A DNA stretch of 64,000 bases from an uncultured Pseudomonadota bacterium (GTDB lineage: Bacteria; Pseudomonadota; Alphaproteobacteria; UBA9219). The position numbers and the translations under genes are program-made. The first letter of the stretch is position 1, and the number at the start of each line of letters is the position of its first letter. Below the pieces are notes generated by a model, which saw nothing but the letters and a program-made list of their open reading frames with translations, was not told the DNA's origin and searched no databases. Where the stretch lies: NCBI GenBank assembly GCA_903919315.1, contig CAIXHP010000042.1, positions 24,884 to 88,883 of the forward strand. Direction: 5' to 3'. This document shows positions 9,809 through 18,750 of the stretch, one piece after another.

Positions 9809-10723
9809 TCATTCCGCCAAAGCCGCATAGGCAAAGCGTTGATCGACGACGGAGTCGAACGGCGGGATGGCCTCAAGCTCGCCCACGTCCTGCCGCATTC
9901 TCAGCGTGTTGGCCCAACCCTGCGGCGCAATGATCGCCTGTTCGGGCCATGCGTTGGCGGCGATAATGCGCTGCACCGCTTCGGTCATAATGCTGGGACT
10001 CAGCGTCGGAAACATCGCACAACCGATATTGACGGCTTTCTCCGGCTGCGCACGGATAAGCGTCAAGGCTTGCTGAATGCCGCGCACAACCTTGCCGACG
10101 GTATCCGGCGCTGCGGCGATGGTGGCGGCGGAAGTCATCAGGCCGGTCATCAGAAGTTCAGGATAAAAATCGCTCATGCTGCACGCGAGGCGCAGACCTT
10201 GGCGCAGCGCCGAACTGACGGTCGGCTCTAAATCGAGAATCAAATCCACTTGGTCGGATGCCAGCAGATAAGCTTGTTGGCCAATCTCGGCTTCGACGAT
10301 CTGCGTGGATTTCAACAAGCGCGGGTGCCGCGCCTTGAGTGCGCTCATCAACGTGTAAGCAGTCGAAGGCTTGGGAAAGGTGCCGACGCGCAGCCCGACA
10401 AAGTCGGATATTTGCGTGAAGGGTTTGATCTCGGCGTGATGCGTGATGCCCCACATGGGCGCGTTGCTGACGATGGCGGCGACGACGCGTGTGTCAAAGC
10501 CTTGCTGTTGCCCCAACGCGACAAAGACCGGATCGCCGACGCCGAACTGGGCGCGGCCTTTGGCCACTTCGTTGAAAATCTCGTTGTCGTTGCCCGCGCC
10601 ATAGATGGTCACATCCAGACCTTGCGCAGCGAACAGCCCCAGCCGATCCGCCATGTAAAGCGGCATATAGGCGATGTGGCGTCCGCCCCACTGGGCGATT
10701 TTGATGCTCTCCATGCTCACCAT
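9809..10723 (-). CDS. NMT1/THI5-like (NitT/TauT-type) substrate-binding-fold protein without a signal peptide
   Basis: 304 aa, a paralog of the 11132..12160 product (shared GxFPxPSTxYT and DLEP motifs). It has no N-terminal hydrophobic segment, so it is predicted to be cytoplasmic. Confidence 0.7.
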   Translation of the reverse strand: MVSMESIKIAQWGGRHIAYMPLYMADRLGLFAAQGLDVTIYGAGNDNEIFNEVAKGRAQFGVGDPVFVALGQQQGFDTRVVAAIVSNAPMWGITHHAEIKPFTQISDFVGLRVGTFPKPSTAYTLMSALKARHPRLLKSTQIVEAEIGQQAYLLASDQVDLILDLEPTVSSALRQGLRLACSMSDFYPELLMTGLMTSAATIAAAPDTVGKVVRGIQQALTLIRAQPEKAVNIGCAMFPTLSPSIMTEAVQRIIAANAWPEQAIIAPQGWANTLRMRQDVGELEAIPPFDSVVDQRFAYAALAE

Positions 10724-10851
10724 GTATCACGCTAACTGGCTGAAAACAAACAGGCTTCTAATTTTGTGTTTGACAAAACCACCACAAATGATACTCTTGT
10801 GTATCATAAACGATACATATAAACAAAGCCTAAACGCGACGGGGGAGCGAA

Positions 10852-11124
10852 ATGGGGAAAAGCGCAACGACACAAAAGAGCGGCGAACCAGTCGTCTGGC
10901 CCACCAGTTTCGCGCATTCCGTCAAACGGATGCTCGCCTATCAGGTGGAACGCGAAATGGCGCGGCAAGGTCTGACACGCGCACGGATGGCCGAATTGAT
11001 GGGGACGAGCCGCGCCGCGCTCAACCGCCTCCTCGACCCCGACAACAATTCCGTCACGCTCCAAACGATGGAGAAGGTGGCCGAGGTTCTCGGCAAGCGC
11101 TTGCAGATATTTTTAAACGACTGA
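10852..11124 (+). CDS. XRE-family helix-turn-helix DNA-binding protein
   Basis: 90 aa. The helix-turn-helix is LTRARMAELMGTSRAALNRLL. It lies immediately upstream of the ABC transporter operon. Confidence 0.65.
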   Translation: MGKSATTQKSGEPVVWPTSFAHSVKRMLAYQVEREMARQGLTRARMAELMGTSRAALNRLLDPDNNSVTLQTMEKVAEVLGKRLQIFLND

Positions 11125-11131
11125 TCCGGGG

Positions 11132-12160
11132 GTGATTTTTATGAACGCCACAACAAACCGTGCGCAAAAACTTTTAAGCATGACACTGGCGTTCGGCCTG
11201 ATGCTGGCTGCCGCAGCTTTCGGTTCCGCCGAAGCTGCGACTCTCGAAAAAGTAAAGCTGGCGCAATTCGGGCAGGCGAAATTCTTGCTCTATTTACCGC
11301 TCTATGTGGCGCAGGAAGAGGGCTTTTTCGCGCAGCAAGGTCTGGATGTCGATGTGCGGTTTGCGGGCAACGACGATCAGATTTTCGCCGCCGTGATGTC
11401 GGGCAGCGTCGACTATGGCATGGGCGATCCGGTATTCACGGCGATTGCCGCCGAGCGGGGCGCTGCCGCCAAGACCGTAGCGTTGCTCATTACGCAGTTG
11501 GCGCTGGCGGGTTACACCAACAACCCTGACGTGCCGTTGATCACAAAACCGGAGCAACTGGCGGGGCTGCGTGTGGGTTCGTTCCCAGCACCGTCCACAA
11601 CTTATACCGTGTTGGACGGACTGAAACGCCAATACCCGGCTCTGGCAAAAACGCAGATTGTGCCGGGCGGCATGGGGACTCAGCTGGCGTTGTTGGAAGC
11701 GGGCAAAACCGACATCGCCGTCGATCTGGAGCCGTCCGTAGCGCAGGCCGTGACGCGTGGTTACCGCATAGTGCTGAACCTGAACGACTTTGTCCCGCCT
11801 CAGGCGATCACAGGCCTGATGACGCGGCAGGACACCGTCGCGCAGCATCCCGATCAGGTGCAACGCATGGTCAACGCGATGCAGCAGGCGATGACGGCGA
11901 TCTATGCCGATCCGGCGGTGGCCCATCGCACCGCGCGCAAGCTGTTCCCCGATCTCGGCGAAGCGGTCATCCAAAGCGCCGTCGATCACATGCGGCGCGA
12001 CGCGATGTACCCGACTTCCGTCGTCGTGCCGGACGAATACTGGCAGCGCACGTTGCAGACGCGGCTCGACAGCGGCGATCTGAAACGGCCTCAGGCGACG
12101 GATGTCGCGGTGGACAATCGCTTCGCCGTGGCGGCAGCGGCGCACTATGGAAAGAAGTAA
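11132..12160 (+). CDS. ABC transporter substrate-binding protein, NitT/TauT (NMT1/SsuA-like) family, secreted
   Basis: 342 aa with a signal peptide (LLSMTLAFGLMLAAAAFGSAEA) and an NMT1-like fold. Confidence 0.8.
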   Translation: MIFMNATTNRAQKLLSMTLAFGLMLAAAAFGSAEAATLEKVKLAQFGQAKFLLYLPLYVAQEEGFFAQQGLDVDVRFAGNDDQIFAAVMSGSVDYGMGDPVFTAIAAERGAAAKTVALLITQLALAGYTNNPDVPLITKPEQLAGLRVGSFPAPSTTYTVLDGLKRQYPALAKTQIVPGGMGTQLALLEAGKTDIAVDLEPSVAQAVTRGYRIVLNLNDFVPPQAITGLMTRQDTVAQHPDQVQRMVNAMQQAMTAIYADPAVAHRTARKLFPDLGEAVIQSAVDHMRRDAMYPTSVVVPDEYWQRTLQTRLDSGDLKRPQATDVAVDNRFAVAAAAHYGKK

Positions 12161-12162
12161 TC

Positions 12163-12888
12163 ATGCTGACCGCCTCGCACCTGTGTCACGATTACGGCAG
12201 AGGCCCGGTTCTGGACGGGATTGAACTGGAGCTTGAGGCGGGAAGCGTGACGTGTCTGTTGGGGCCGAGCGGCTGCGGGAAATCCACGCTGCTCAACATC
12301 CTTGCCGGATTGTTGAAGCCGACCTCCGGCACCGTCAACGCGGATTGCGCGCGGCCCGGCCCAGCGCTGGGCTATATGGCGCAAGAGCCGGACTTGTTGC
12401 CGTGGCTGACCGCCGAAAAGAACGCCGCTCTAGCCGCGCAGTTGCATGGCGGCATCATGGCTCCCGACGCTGGAAAACGCGCGGCGCTGTTCCGGCGTTT
12501 CGGGTTGGCGGGGTGCGAACGGCTTTATCCGCATGAACTGTCGGGCGGACAGCGCCAGCGCGTGGCCCTGATCCGCACGTTGCTAGCGGAACCAAAGCTG
12601 CTGTTGCTCGACGAGCCGCTGGGCCATCTGGACGCAGGCCGACGCTTGATGGCGGCGCGCGCGATCCGGCAGTATGTCGCCGAGCATCGCGCCACGGCGC
12701 TTGTCGTCACGCACCAGTTGGACGAAGCCGTGCATCTCGGCGACCGCATCGTGACATTGAGCGACCGTCCCACGCGCGTGACAGGAATCCATCGTCTTGA
12801 TAGCCCGAACTCGCGGCGCGAAGCCTTCATGGCGCTCAGCGAAACGCTGGCCTCGGCTCCTGTCGCGGCGGAAGGCGTGGCGGCATGA
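12163..12888 (+). CDS. ABC transporter ATP-binding protein (NitT/TauT family)
   Basis: Walker A GPSGCGKST, signature LSGGQRQRVAL and Walker B LLLDEPLGHLD. Confidence 0.9.
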   Translation: MLTASHLCHDYGRGPVLDGIELELEAGSVTCLLGPSGCGKSTLLNILAGLLKPTSGTVNADCARPGPALGYMAQEPDLLPWLTAEKNAALAAQLHGGIMAPDAGKRAALFRRFGLAGCERLYPHELSGGQRQRVALIRTLLAEPKLLLLDEPLGHLDAGRRLMAARAIRQYVAEHRATALVVTHQLDEAVHLGDRIVTLSDRPTRVTGIHRLDSPNSRREAFMALSETLASAPVAAEGVAA

Positions 12889-13637
12889 GGCGGTTGTTTC
12901 CCATCCTGCTGCCGCTTCCCGCTTTGTTTCTTTTGATCGCGTGGCAAGGCTTTGTTACGGGCGTACCGCAACGTCTGTTCTTGTTCGGCTCGCCGACGCA
13001 GATTTTTCAGGTGGCGTTGCAAGAGTTGCCGCAGGCGGCCATCTGGCACGACATGGGCGTGACTCTGTCCGCGCTGTTGGCGGGTCTGGCTCTCGGCACA
13101 CTGGCGGGAACGGCGGGAGGCTTGTTGCTGGCGTTGCACCCCGTGGCGCGTGCGGTGTCGCGGCCTTATCTGATTTTCTTTGGCTCGGTGCAGATTTTCA
13201 CTCTGGCGCCGCTGCTCGTGATCTGGTTCGGCATCGGCTGGGGCGCAAAGGTGGCGATGGCGGCGCTCGTCACGGGCTTCGTCGCGTTACAGCAAGCCGC
13301 AAGCGGCGCGACGGCGGCGGAACAGCATTATCTCGGCTATGCCCGCAGCCTTAAAGCCGACCCGTCGCGTGTGATGTGGCATATCATCCTGCCGGGCGCG
13401 TTGCATTGGGTGCTGGCGGGGCTAAAGCTCAACATCGGCTTTGCCACCCTTGGCGTTTTGGTCGGCGAGTTTATCAGCGCCGAAGACGGCCTCGGCCACT
13501 ACATCTTCAAAGCCAGCGGCGTATATGACGTGCCGCGCGTGTGGTTCGGCGTTCTGCTGTTGTGCCTGATGGCGCTCGCCCTGACGGCGATAGCCGATTG
13601 GGCAACCAAGCGGTTCTTGCCGTTGCAGGGACACTGA
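12885..13637 (+). CDS. ABC transporter permease (NitT/TauT family)
   Basis: 250 aa and multi-pass hydrophobic. It overlaps the ATPase gene by 4 bp. Confidence 0.85.
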   Translation: MRRLFPILLPLPALFLLIAWQGFVTGVPQRLFLFGSPTQIFQVALQELPQAAIWHDMGVTLSALLAGLALGTLAGTAGGLLLALHPVARAVSRPYLIFFGSVQIFTLAPLLVIWFGIGWGAKVAMAALVTGFVALQQAASGATAAEQHYLGYARSLKADPSRVMWHIILPGALHWVLAGLKLNIGFATLGVLVGEFISAEDGLGHYIFKASGVYDVPRVWFGVLLLCLMALALTAIADWATKRFLPLQGH

Positions 13638-13738
13638 CTGAGATATACACTGCGATTGAACTTCTTCTCTTATATCGACGCAACAGGGACAGAAGGGGTT
13701 CCTTCAGCCGCAGATTGCGGTTTTGCCAAGAAGGAGAA

Positions 13739-14419
13739 ATGCCCGTGACTGATGATTTTCGATTTAATGTTACTCAGGATATACTTTCCTTGGGCATCAG
13801 GGTCCGGTGCTTGTTGATAGTGGGGCTTGACAATTTATATGAAGATTCTGTTTTTGAACAATATCGAAAAGAAGAACTAGCAAAGATTAAGGCCACCTTA
13901 TCCGAAGGGTCGATACAGGCGGATCCCGTCTTATCAGGTTTTCGGGAAATGCATAAAAGGATTGGAAAAACCGGAAAACGATGGACTTCTTCGCCCGAAA
14001 ATTTGAAACGAATGCTTCTTGAATCGCAGACCTTAGTTGCGATCAACAAGGTTGTGAGCATCTACAATCTTGTTTCTTTGAAATCAAGCTTGGCGCTTGG
14101 TGCCCATGATCTTGACAAGATAGTCGGCAATGTCACATTGCGTTTGACCACGGGGACAGAAAAATTCTGGCCCATAGGCGCCAAGGAGCCTGAAAAGGTG
14201 AGCCAAGGTGAATACGCGTATTGTGATGATGCGAACGACGTTATCTGTCGCATGGAAGTCAGACAGGTTGAAAAAACTAAGGTTCTCCCCCACACAAAGA
14301 ACATTTTCTTCATTGTTCAGGGCAACCAGAACACTTCTGACGAAGAAATTAGCCACGCTTCAGGGGAGCTAGCTCGCCTAATTACCGATTGTGCCGGGGG
14401 CAGATGCATTGCGCTTTGA
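13739..14419 (+). CDS. Stand-alone B3/4 domain protein (PheT editing-domain-like, tRNA-binding)
   Basis: The track ORF starts at 13541. The likely true start is the ATG at 13739, preceded by AAGGAG. The motif INKVVSIYNLVSLKSSLALGAHDLDKIVGNVTLRL matches the PheT B3/4 core (NxxDxxNYxxLExGxPxHAFDLDK). The gene sits in a low-GC islet. Confidence 0.7.
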   Translation: MPVTDDFRFNVTQDILSLGIRVRCLLIVGLDNLYEDSVFEQYRKEELAKIKATLSEGSIQADPVLSGFREMHKRIGKTGKRWTSSPENLKRMLLESQTLVAINKVVSIYNLVSLKSSLALGAHDLDKIVGNVTLRLTTGTEKFWPIGAKEPEKVSQGEYAYCDDANDVICRMEVRQVEKTKVLPHTKNIFFIVQGNQNTSDEEISHASGELARLITDCAGGRCIAL

Positions 14420-14465
14420 GTTTTGCCTAATCACCCTGTAGCATTCTTAGTGCCGCGTTGCAGGG

Positions 14466-14864
14466 ATGCTTCCCTACACATTCCATTTGAGCTTTTTCGC
14501 GGCGAAGAAAGGGGATGCGATTTCTGTGCCTGAAGATTTCTCGGATTTAGTGTCGTCTTTCGCCCATGGCGTGCGGCTGGTGGTGAAGGCGAGGCCGGGG
14601 TTGTCGCGGGCGCGGTTGCCAAAAATCGTGCCGCAGGCGGACGGCAAACGCGCGGTTGAAATCGTCGTGGCCGCGATGGCCGAGGACGGCAAGGCCAACA
14701 AAGCGATTTTGGAATATTTGGCGAAGAGCCTCGGCTTGAAAAAAAGCGCCTTGTCGATCCGCACTGGCAGCAGCGCGCGCCTAAAGCTGATCGAAATCGA
14801 AGGCGACTCCGCCGCGCTTCAGGCGAAAATCAACGCATGGTTGGTCGGTTTGGAGAAGGCCTGA
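14466..14864 (+). CDS. DUF167 (YggU/UPF0235) family protein
   Basis: VRLVVKARPGLSRARL and VEIVVAAMAEDGKANKAILEYLAKSLGL are typical of DUF167. The exact start is uncertain. Confidence 0.65.
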   Translation: MLPYTFHLSFFAAKKGDAISVPEDFSDLVSSFAHGVRLVVKARPGLSRARLPKIVPQADGKRAVEIVVAAMAEDGKANKAILEYLAKSLGLKKSALSIRTGSSARLKLIEIEGDSAALQAKINAWLVGLEKA

Positions 14865-14870
14865 TCGAGG

Positions 14871-15476
14871 TCAGAACCACTTTGTCGCCGGGTCCATCGT
14901 CGGCCCTGTCGGAACCGCGAGGGCCGCGAACAACTCGTCGATGTTGGTCGCGACGCGAAACAGCCGTTGATTGTCCTTTGGCGCGAAACCGGTCGCCACG
15001 ACGTGGTCGATCAGCGCGAGCAGAGGATTCCAGAATCCGTTCTGGTTGTAGATGATGATCGGCTTGTTGTGCAGGCCAAGCTGCCGCCACGTCAGAATTT
15101 CGAAGGTCTCGTCCAACGTCCCAAAGCCGCCGGGCAGAATGACGAAAGCGTCGGCGTGTTCGACCATCAGGCTCTTGCGCGTGTGCATGCTGTCCACGAC
15201 CAAAAGCTCGGTCAGGTTTTTGTGCTGGATCTCCCGCGAGCTGATGTGTTCGGGAATGATGCCGACGACTTCGCCGCCCGCCGCAAGCGCGGAATCGGCC
15301 AAGAGCCCCATCAGCCCGACATGGCCGCCGCCATAGATCACGCGCATTTTGTGTGCGGCCAAGGCGGTGCCGACTTCCTTCGCCGTTTGCTTGTGGAACT
15401 CTTCGACGCGGCTGGACGAACCGCAGTAAACGCACACGGACTGTATCGACACGGCAATATCCTGATCGTAGGGCAT
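14871..15476 (-). CDS. LOG-family cytokinin riboside 5'-monophosphate phosphoribohydrolase
   Basis: VCVYCGSS and GGGxxGLMG motifs plus a PGGxGTxDE motif; 201 aa. Confidence 0.85.
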   Translation of the reverse strand: MPYDQDIAVSIQSVCVYCGSSSRVEEFHKQTAKEVGTALAAHKMRVIYGGGHVGLMGLLADSALAAGGEVVGIIPEHISSREIQHKNLTELLVVDSMHTRKSLMVEHADAFVILPGGFGTLDETFEILTWRQLGLHNKPIIIYNQNGFWNPLLALIDHVVATGFAPKDNQRLFRVATNIDELFAALAVPTGPTMDPATKWF

Positions 15477-15556
15477 GATAAAAAACGCCTAAGGTGAACG
15501 GGCAGCAAACAGCGAAGTATAACGCGCACTCGTTAACGGAGTGTAAGCGCAAAAAC

Positions 15557-16552
15557 TCAAGCGATTCCGGCCCTTAACAGGTCATGAATGTGCAGGATGC
15601 CGACGGGTTTGCTGTCGTCCACCACAAACAACTGCGTGCGCTTTGTGTCGTTGAGCGTTTTAAGCGCCTCTGCCGCCAACAAGCGCGGCGCAACGGTCAT
15701 GGGCGCGGCGGTCATCACCGTTGCGGCGGATTTCTGGGTCAACCCGTCGCTCATATGGCGGCGCAAATCGCCGTCCGTCACGATGCCAATGAGCGAACCT
15801 TTGCCATCGACGACTCCGGCGCAGCCGAAACGCTTTTCGGTCATCACCACCAGAACATGCGCCATCGTGTCGCCCTCGCGCACCAACGGCAATTCGTCGC
15901 CGCTGTGCATAACGTCGTGAACGCGCAAAAGATTTTTCCCCAATTTACCGCCCGGATGAAAGTTGCGGAAATCCTCCGCCGTAAAGCCCTTGCACTCCAG
16001 CGCGGCCACGGCGAGAGCATCGCCCAGAGCCAGCATCATCGTGGTTGAAGTCGTGGGCGCGAGGCCGAGCGACCCCACCTCCGGCTCCGGCGGCAGCAGC
16101 AGCAGAACGTCCGCCGCTTGCCCCAACGCGCTTTGCGCGCGACCCGTGATGCCGATCAGGGGGATGGAGAAACGGCGCGTGTAGGTGACGAGGTCAGACA
16201 GCTCCGCCGTCTCGCCGGAGTTCGACATGGCGATAACCGTATCCTGCGGCGTGATCATGCCGAGATCGCCGTGGCTGGCTTCGCCCGGATGCACGAACAG
16301 GGCCGGAGTTCCTGTGGAAGCCATCGTGGCGGCGATCTTGCGGGCGATGTGGCCGCTCTTGCCCATACCGCTCACGACCACGCGGCCTTTGCACGCGACG
16401 AGGAGGCGCACGGCGGCGACGATGGTCTCGTTCAGGCTCGCGGCCAGCGTTTTGAGGGCGGCGCTCTCCGCCGTCAGGACGTTGCGCGCGCTGTCGCGCA
16501 GAGCTTCGTCATTCATGGTGGCGGGCGAGGGGGCAGTCTTGGCCAAAGTCAT
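15557..16552 (-). CDS. kpsF: Arabinose-5-phosphate isomerase (SIS plus tandem CBS domains)
   Basis: SIS motif VVVSGMGKSGHIARKIAAT, followed by two CBS domains; 331 aa. Confidence 0.88.
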   Translation of the reverse strand: MTLAKTAPSPATMNDEALRDSARNVLTAESAALKTLAASLNETIVAAVRLLVACKGRVVVSGMGKSGHIARKIAATMASTGTPALFVHPGEASHGDLGMITPQDTVIAMSNSGETAELSDLVTYTRRFSIPLIGITGRAQSALGQAADVLLLLPPEPEVGSLGLAPTTSTTMMLALGDALAVAALECKGFTAEDFRNFHPGGKLGKNLLRVHDVMHSGDELPLVREGDTMAHVLVVMTEKRFGCAGVVDGKGSLIGIVTDGDLRRHMSDGLTQKSAATVMTAAPMTVAPRLLAAEALKTLNDTKRTQLFVVDDSKPVGILHIHDLLRAGIA

Positions 16553-16632
16553 GTTTGTTCTTTCCTGTGATCCGGTCCTGCATTATAGCGGCTCGGAAAG
16601 GGCGGAAACAAGGCGCTTTGGAAAAGGGCGTT

Positions 16633-17106
16633 TCAGGCCTGCCGGAACCACATCCGCAACTGCGCCCGATCCGGGCTGAGCGTGATGTGGCGGGCGAGGC
16701 GGAGCAAAATGGGAAAACCATATCCCCCCGGTCCGTCTTCCAGCAAATCCGGCAAAGGCGCACCGCGCAGTTGTTCCAGCAAATCCGCCGCGTCGGCGGG
16801 GAGGGCGGGATTCTGATAGAACGAAATCAAGACAACGCCGTGCCGCGCCCGCGTGTGAACCGCAAAGAGCGCCGCTTGGCCATGATGCGCCGCGTTGGCG
16901 ACGCATTCGGCGAGGGACAGATAGAGATCGGCATCGTCCACAAGGCCTTTGGGAAACTCTTGGGTGAGGCGCTCCAGCGAAGCTTCCTCCCACAGCGCCG
17001 CGTTGTCGAACGCCGCGCGATAGATGTTCCCGGAATGAAACGAAGCCCTCTCTGCCGCTTGCAAAAGATGCGGCGCGGGCGAACCAAAGAGGCGCACCTG
17101 TTCCAT
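16633..17106 (-). CDS. Anti-sigma regulatory factor-like HATPase_c protein (RsbW-like Ser kinase)
   Basis: 157 aa. It has a GHKL-like C-terminus (GGYGFPILLRL) and lies immediately downstream of the STAS gene. Confidence 0.65.
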   Translation of the reverse strand: MEQVRLFGSPAPHLLQAAERASFHSGNIYRAAFDNAALWEEASLERLTQEFPKGLVDDADLYLSLAECVANAAHHGQAALFAVHTRARHGVVLISFYQNPALPADAADLLEQLRGAPLPDLLEDGPGGYGFPILLRLARHITLSPDRAQLRMWFRQA

Positions 17107-17113
17107 GATCGCA

Positions 17114-17431
17114 TCAGGCGCGGATTTCGGCGATGCGGTTCATCTCCACCATGTCGAACAGGCGGCTGACGTCGCGTCCCGGTTTTTCGATGACCAGTTC
17201 GGCCTTCTTCTCGCGCACGCGGCGGAGAATGCGGATCAGGATGCCCAGCCAATGGCTGTCCATGCGTTGCACATCCGCAAAGTTCATGCGCACAGCGGTG
17301 ACCTCGCCGTTATCGACGAGCGTCGTGACTTGATACACCAGTTGTTCGCCTTCTTTGTGCTGATGAAACGTCAGCGTGCCGGAAATGAATACGACGAGTT
17401 CGGCACCTTCGCGCTTGAAACGGAACGCCAT
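17114..17431 (-). CDS. STAS-domain anti-sigma-factor antagonist
   Basis: The track ORF runs to 17593. The likely start is MAFRFKREGAELVVFISGTLTF (105 aa), with the typical STAS pattern. Confidence 0.65.
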   Translation of the reverse strand: MAFRFKREGAELVVFISGTLTFHQHKEGEQLVYQVTTLVDNGEVTAVRMNFADVQRMDSHWLGILIRILRRVREKKAELVIEKPGRDVSRLFDMVEMNRIAEIRA

Positions 17432-17435
17432 GATA

Positions 17436-18575
17436 TCATCTCCTCTGCAACGTGATGAGCGTGAGATCGTCGAGCAACGGCCCTTCGGGAGCCAACGCCT
17501 CGGCGAGATTTGTGCCAAAGGCATCGGTGCGGAGCAGGGTGGCGGTGGGCGTGTCTTTGAGGCTTTCCAACCAACCGTCGCTGAACGCCACAAGCGTCGC
17601 GCCCATCGGCAGGAACGCCGTCGCGGTTTCCGCCCGCACCATGCCAGAGCCGAGCGGAAGGCCCGGCAGCCGAAGGTCGGTCGCTTCGCCGTTATGCAGG
17701 ATCAGCGGCGAGGGAATGCCCGATCCGGCGTAGCGGATCAGTCCCGACCGTCGGTCGATCGTTGCGGCAAAAGCGCCCGCGAACAACTGGCCAAAGGAAA
17801 TCTTCGCCATCGCCGCGTCCAGTCGGCCTATGAAAACGGCGGGATCGTCAAGCCGATCATGGTATTCTTGAAGCAGGCAATCGACGCGCAGCGCGTTGAT
17901 GGCTCCGGCCAAACCATGGGCGCTCGCGTCAACCAACACGAGCGCGATCCGGTCGCCGCCGAGCGCGCGCAGCGTCCACAAATCGCCGCCGATCTCGTCG
18001 TGCGGACGGTACACCGACGAACAGTCGAGCCCATAACTGGCGGCCAGCTCGCGGGCCTGTTCCTGCGTGGGCAGGACGGCATCCAGAAAAGCGTGCGTGA
18101 TTTCGATATGTGCCTGAATCCGGTTGCGAAAATCAAACAAGACACGCGCGGCCAGAGCGCTGCGCAAATGGGCGCGGAGACGGGCTTTAAGTTCCGACAG
18201 GTGAAAGGGGCGGCTGACCACGTCGGTCGCGCCCATATTAAAGCAGCGTACGCGGTCGTCTTCGCCCTGCAATCCCGTTTGCACGAGAATAGAGAGATTT
18301 TCGAACTGCGGATTGGCGCGCAGACGGCGCATCAGCTCCAGTCCGTCCATGCGGGGCATCATGATGTCGAGCAGAACGAGGTCAGGGCAAAAGCGGGTGA
18401 TGAGGTCGAGCGCCGACAACCCGTCGTCCGCCTCGTCGATAATCCCGACCCCCAGCTTTTCGCACACGCCGCGCAGCAACAGCCGGTTGGACGGATCGTC
18501 GTCCACAATCATTACATGCGCACGTTGAAACTCGGAGGGAATGTCGTTCAGTGTCGGAGAAAACGCGTTGCCCAC
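17436..18575 (-). CDS. Response regulator receiver fused to a PP2C (SpoIIE/RsbU-type) phosphatase
   Basis: The N-terminal receiver domain has HVMIVDDD and LVLLDIMMPRMDG. The C-terminal PP2C domain has GGDLW and LVDASAHG; 379 aa. Confidence 0.8.
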   Translation of the reverse strand: MGNAFSPTLNDIPSEFQRAHVMIVDDDPSNRLLLRGVCEKLGVGIIDEADDGLSALDLITRFCPDLVLLDIMMPRMDGLELMRRLRANPQFENLSILVQTGLQGEDDRVRCFNMGATDVVSRPFHLSELKARLRAHLRSALAARVLFDFRNRIQAHIEITHAFLDAVLPTQEQARELAASYGLDCSSVYRPHDEIGGDLWTLRALGGDRIALVLVDASAHGLAGAINALRVDCLLQEYHDRLDDPAVFIGRLDAAMAKISFGQLFAGAFAATIDRRSGLIRYAGSGIPSPLILHNGEATDLRLPGLPLGSGMVRAETATAFLPMGATLVAFSDGWLESLKDTPTATLLRTDAFGTNLAEALAPEGPLLDDLTLITLQRR

Positions 18576-18750
18576 GGTATATCCTGCGGTTCAAAGAAAA
18601 TGACCTGACCGTAGTAGGGATTTTGATTTAATACGGAATTAAAAATGAATACATGAGTATTGAAGGCACAAAATAAAAAACGCTTTATCTACTATGGTGT
18701 GTTGTATAGGCGACCAACGCTTCCGATAGGCCGAACGCGACGGCGGACAC

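Noticed and set aside
10724-11131. TPP riboswitch upstream of the NMT1/THI5-like ABC operon
   Set aside because: No CUGAGA...ACCUGAUCUGGAUAAUGCCAGCG-like core was found. The only CTGAGA (at 13645) lacks the rest of the aptamer.
13541-13738. N-terminal 66 codons of the track ORF 13541..14419
   Set aside because: This part overlaps the end of the ABC permease gene in another frame and precedes a strong AAGGAG-ATG start at 13739. It was treated as a spurious extension rather than a fusion or pseudogene.
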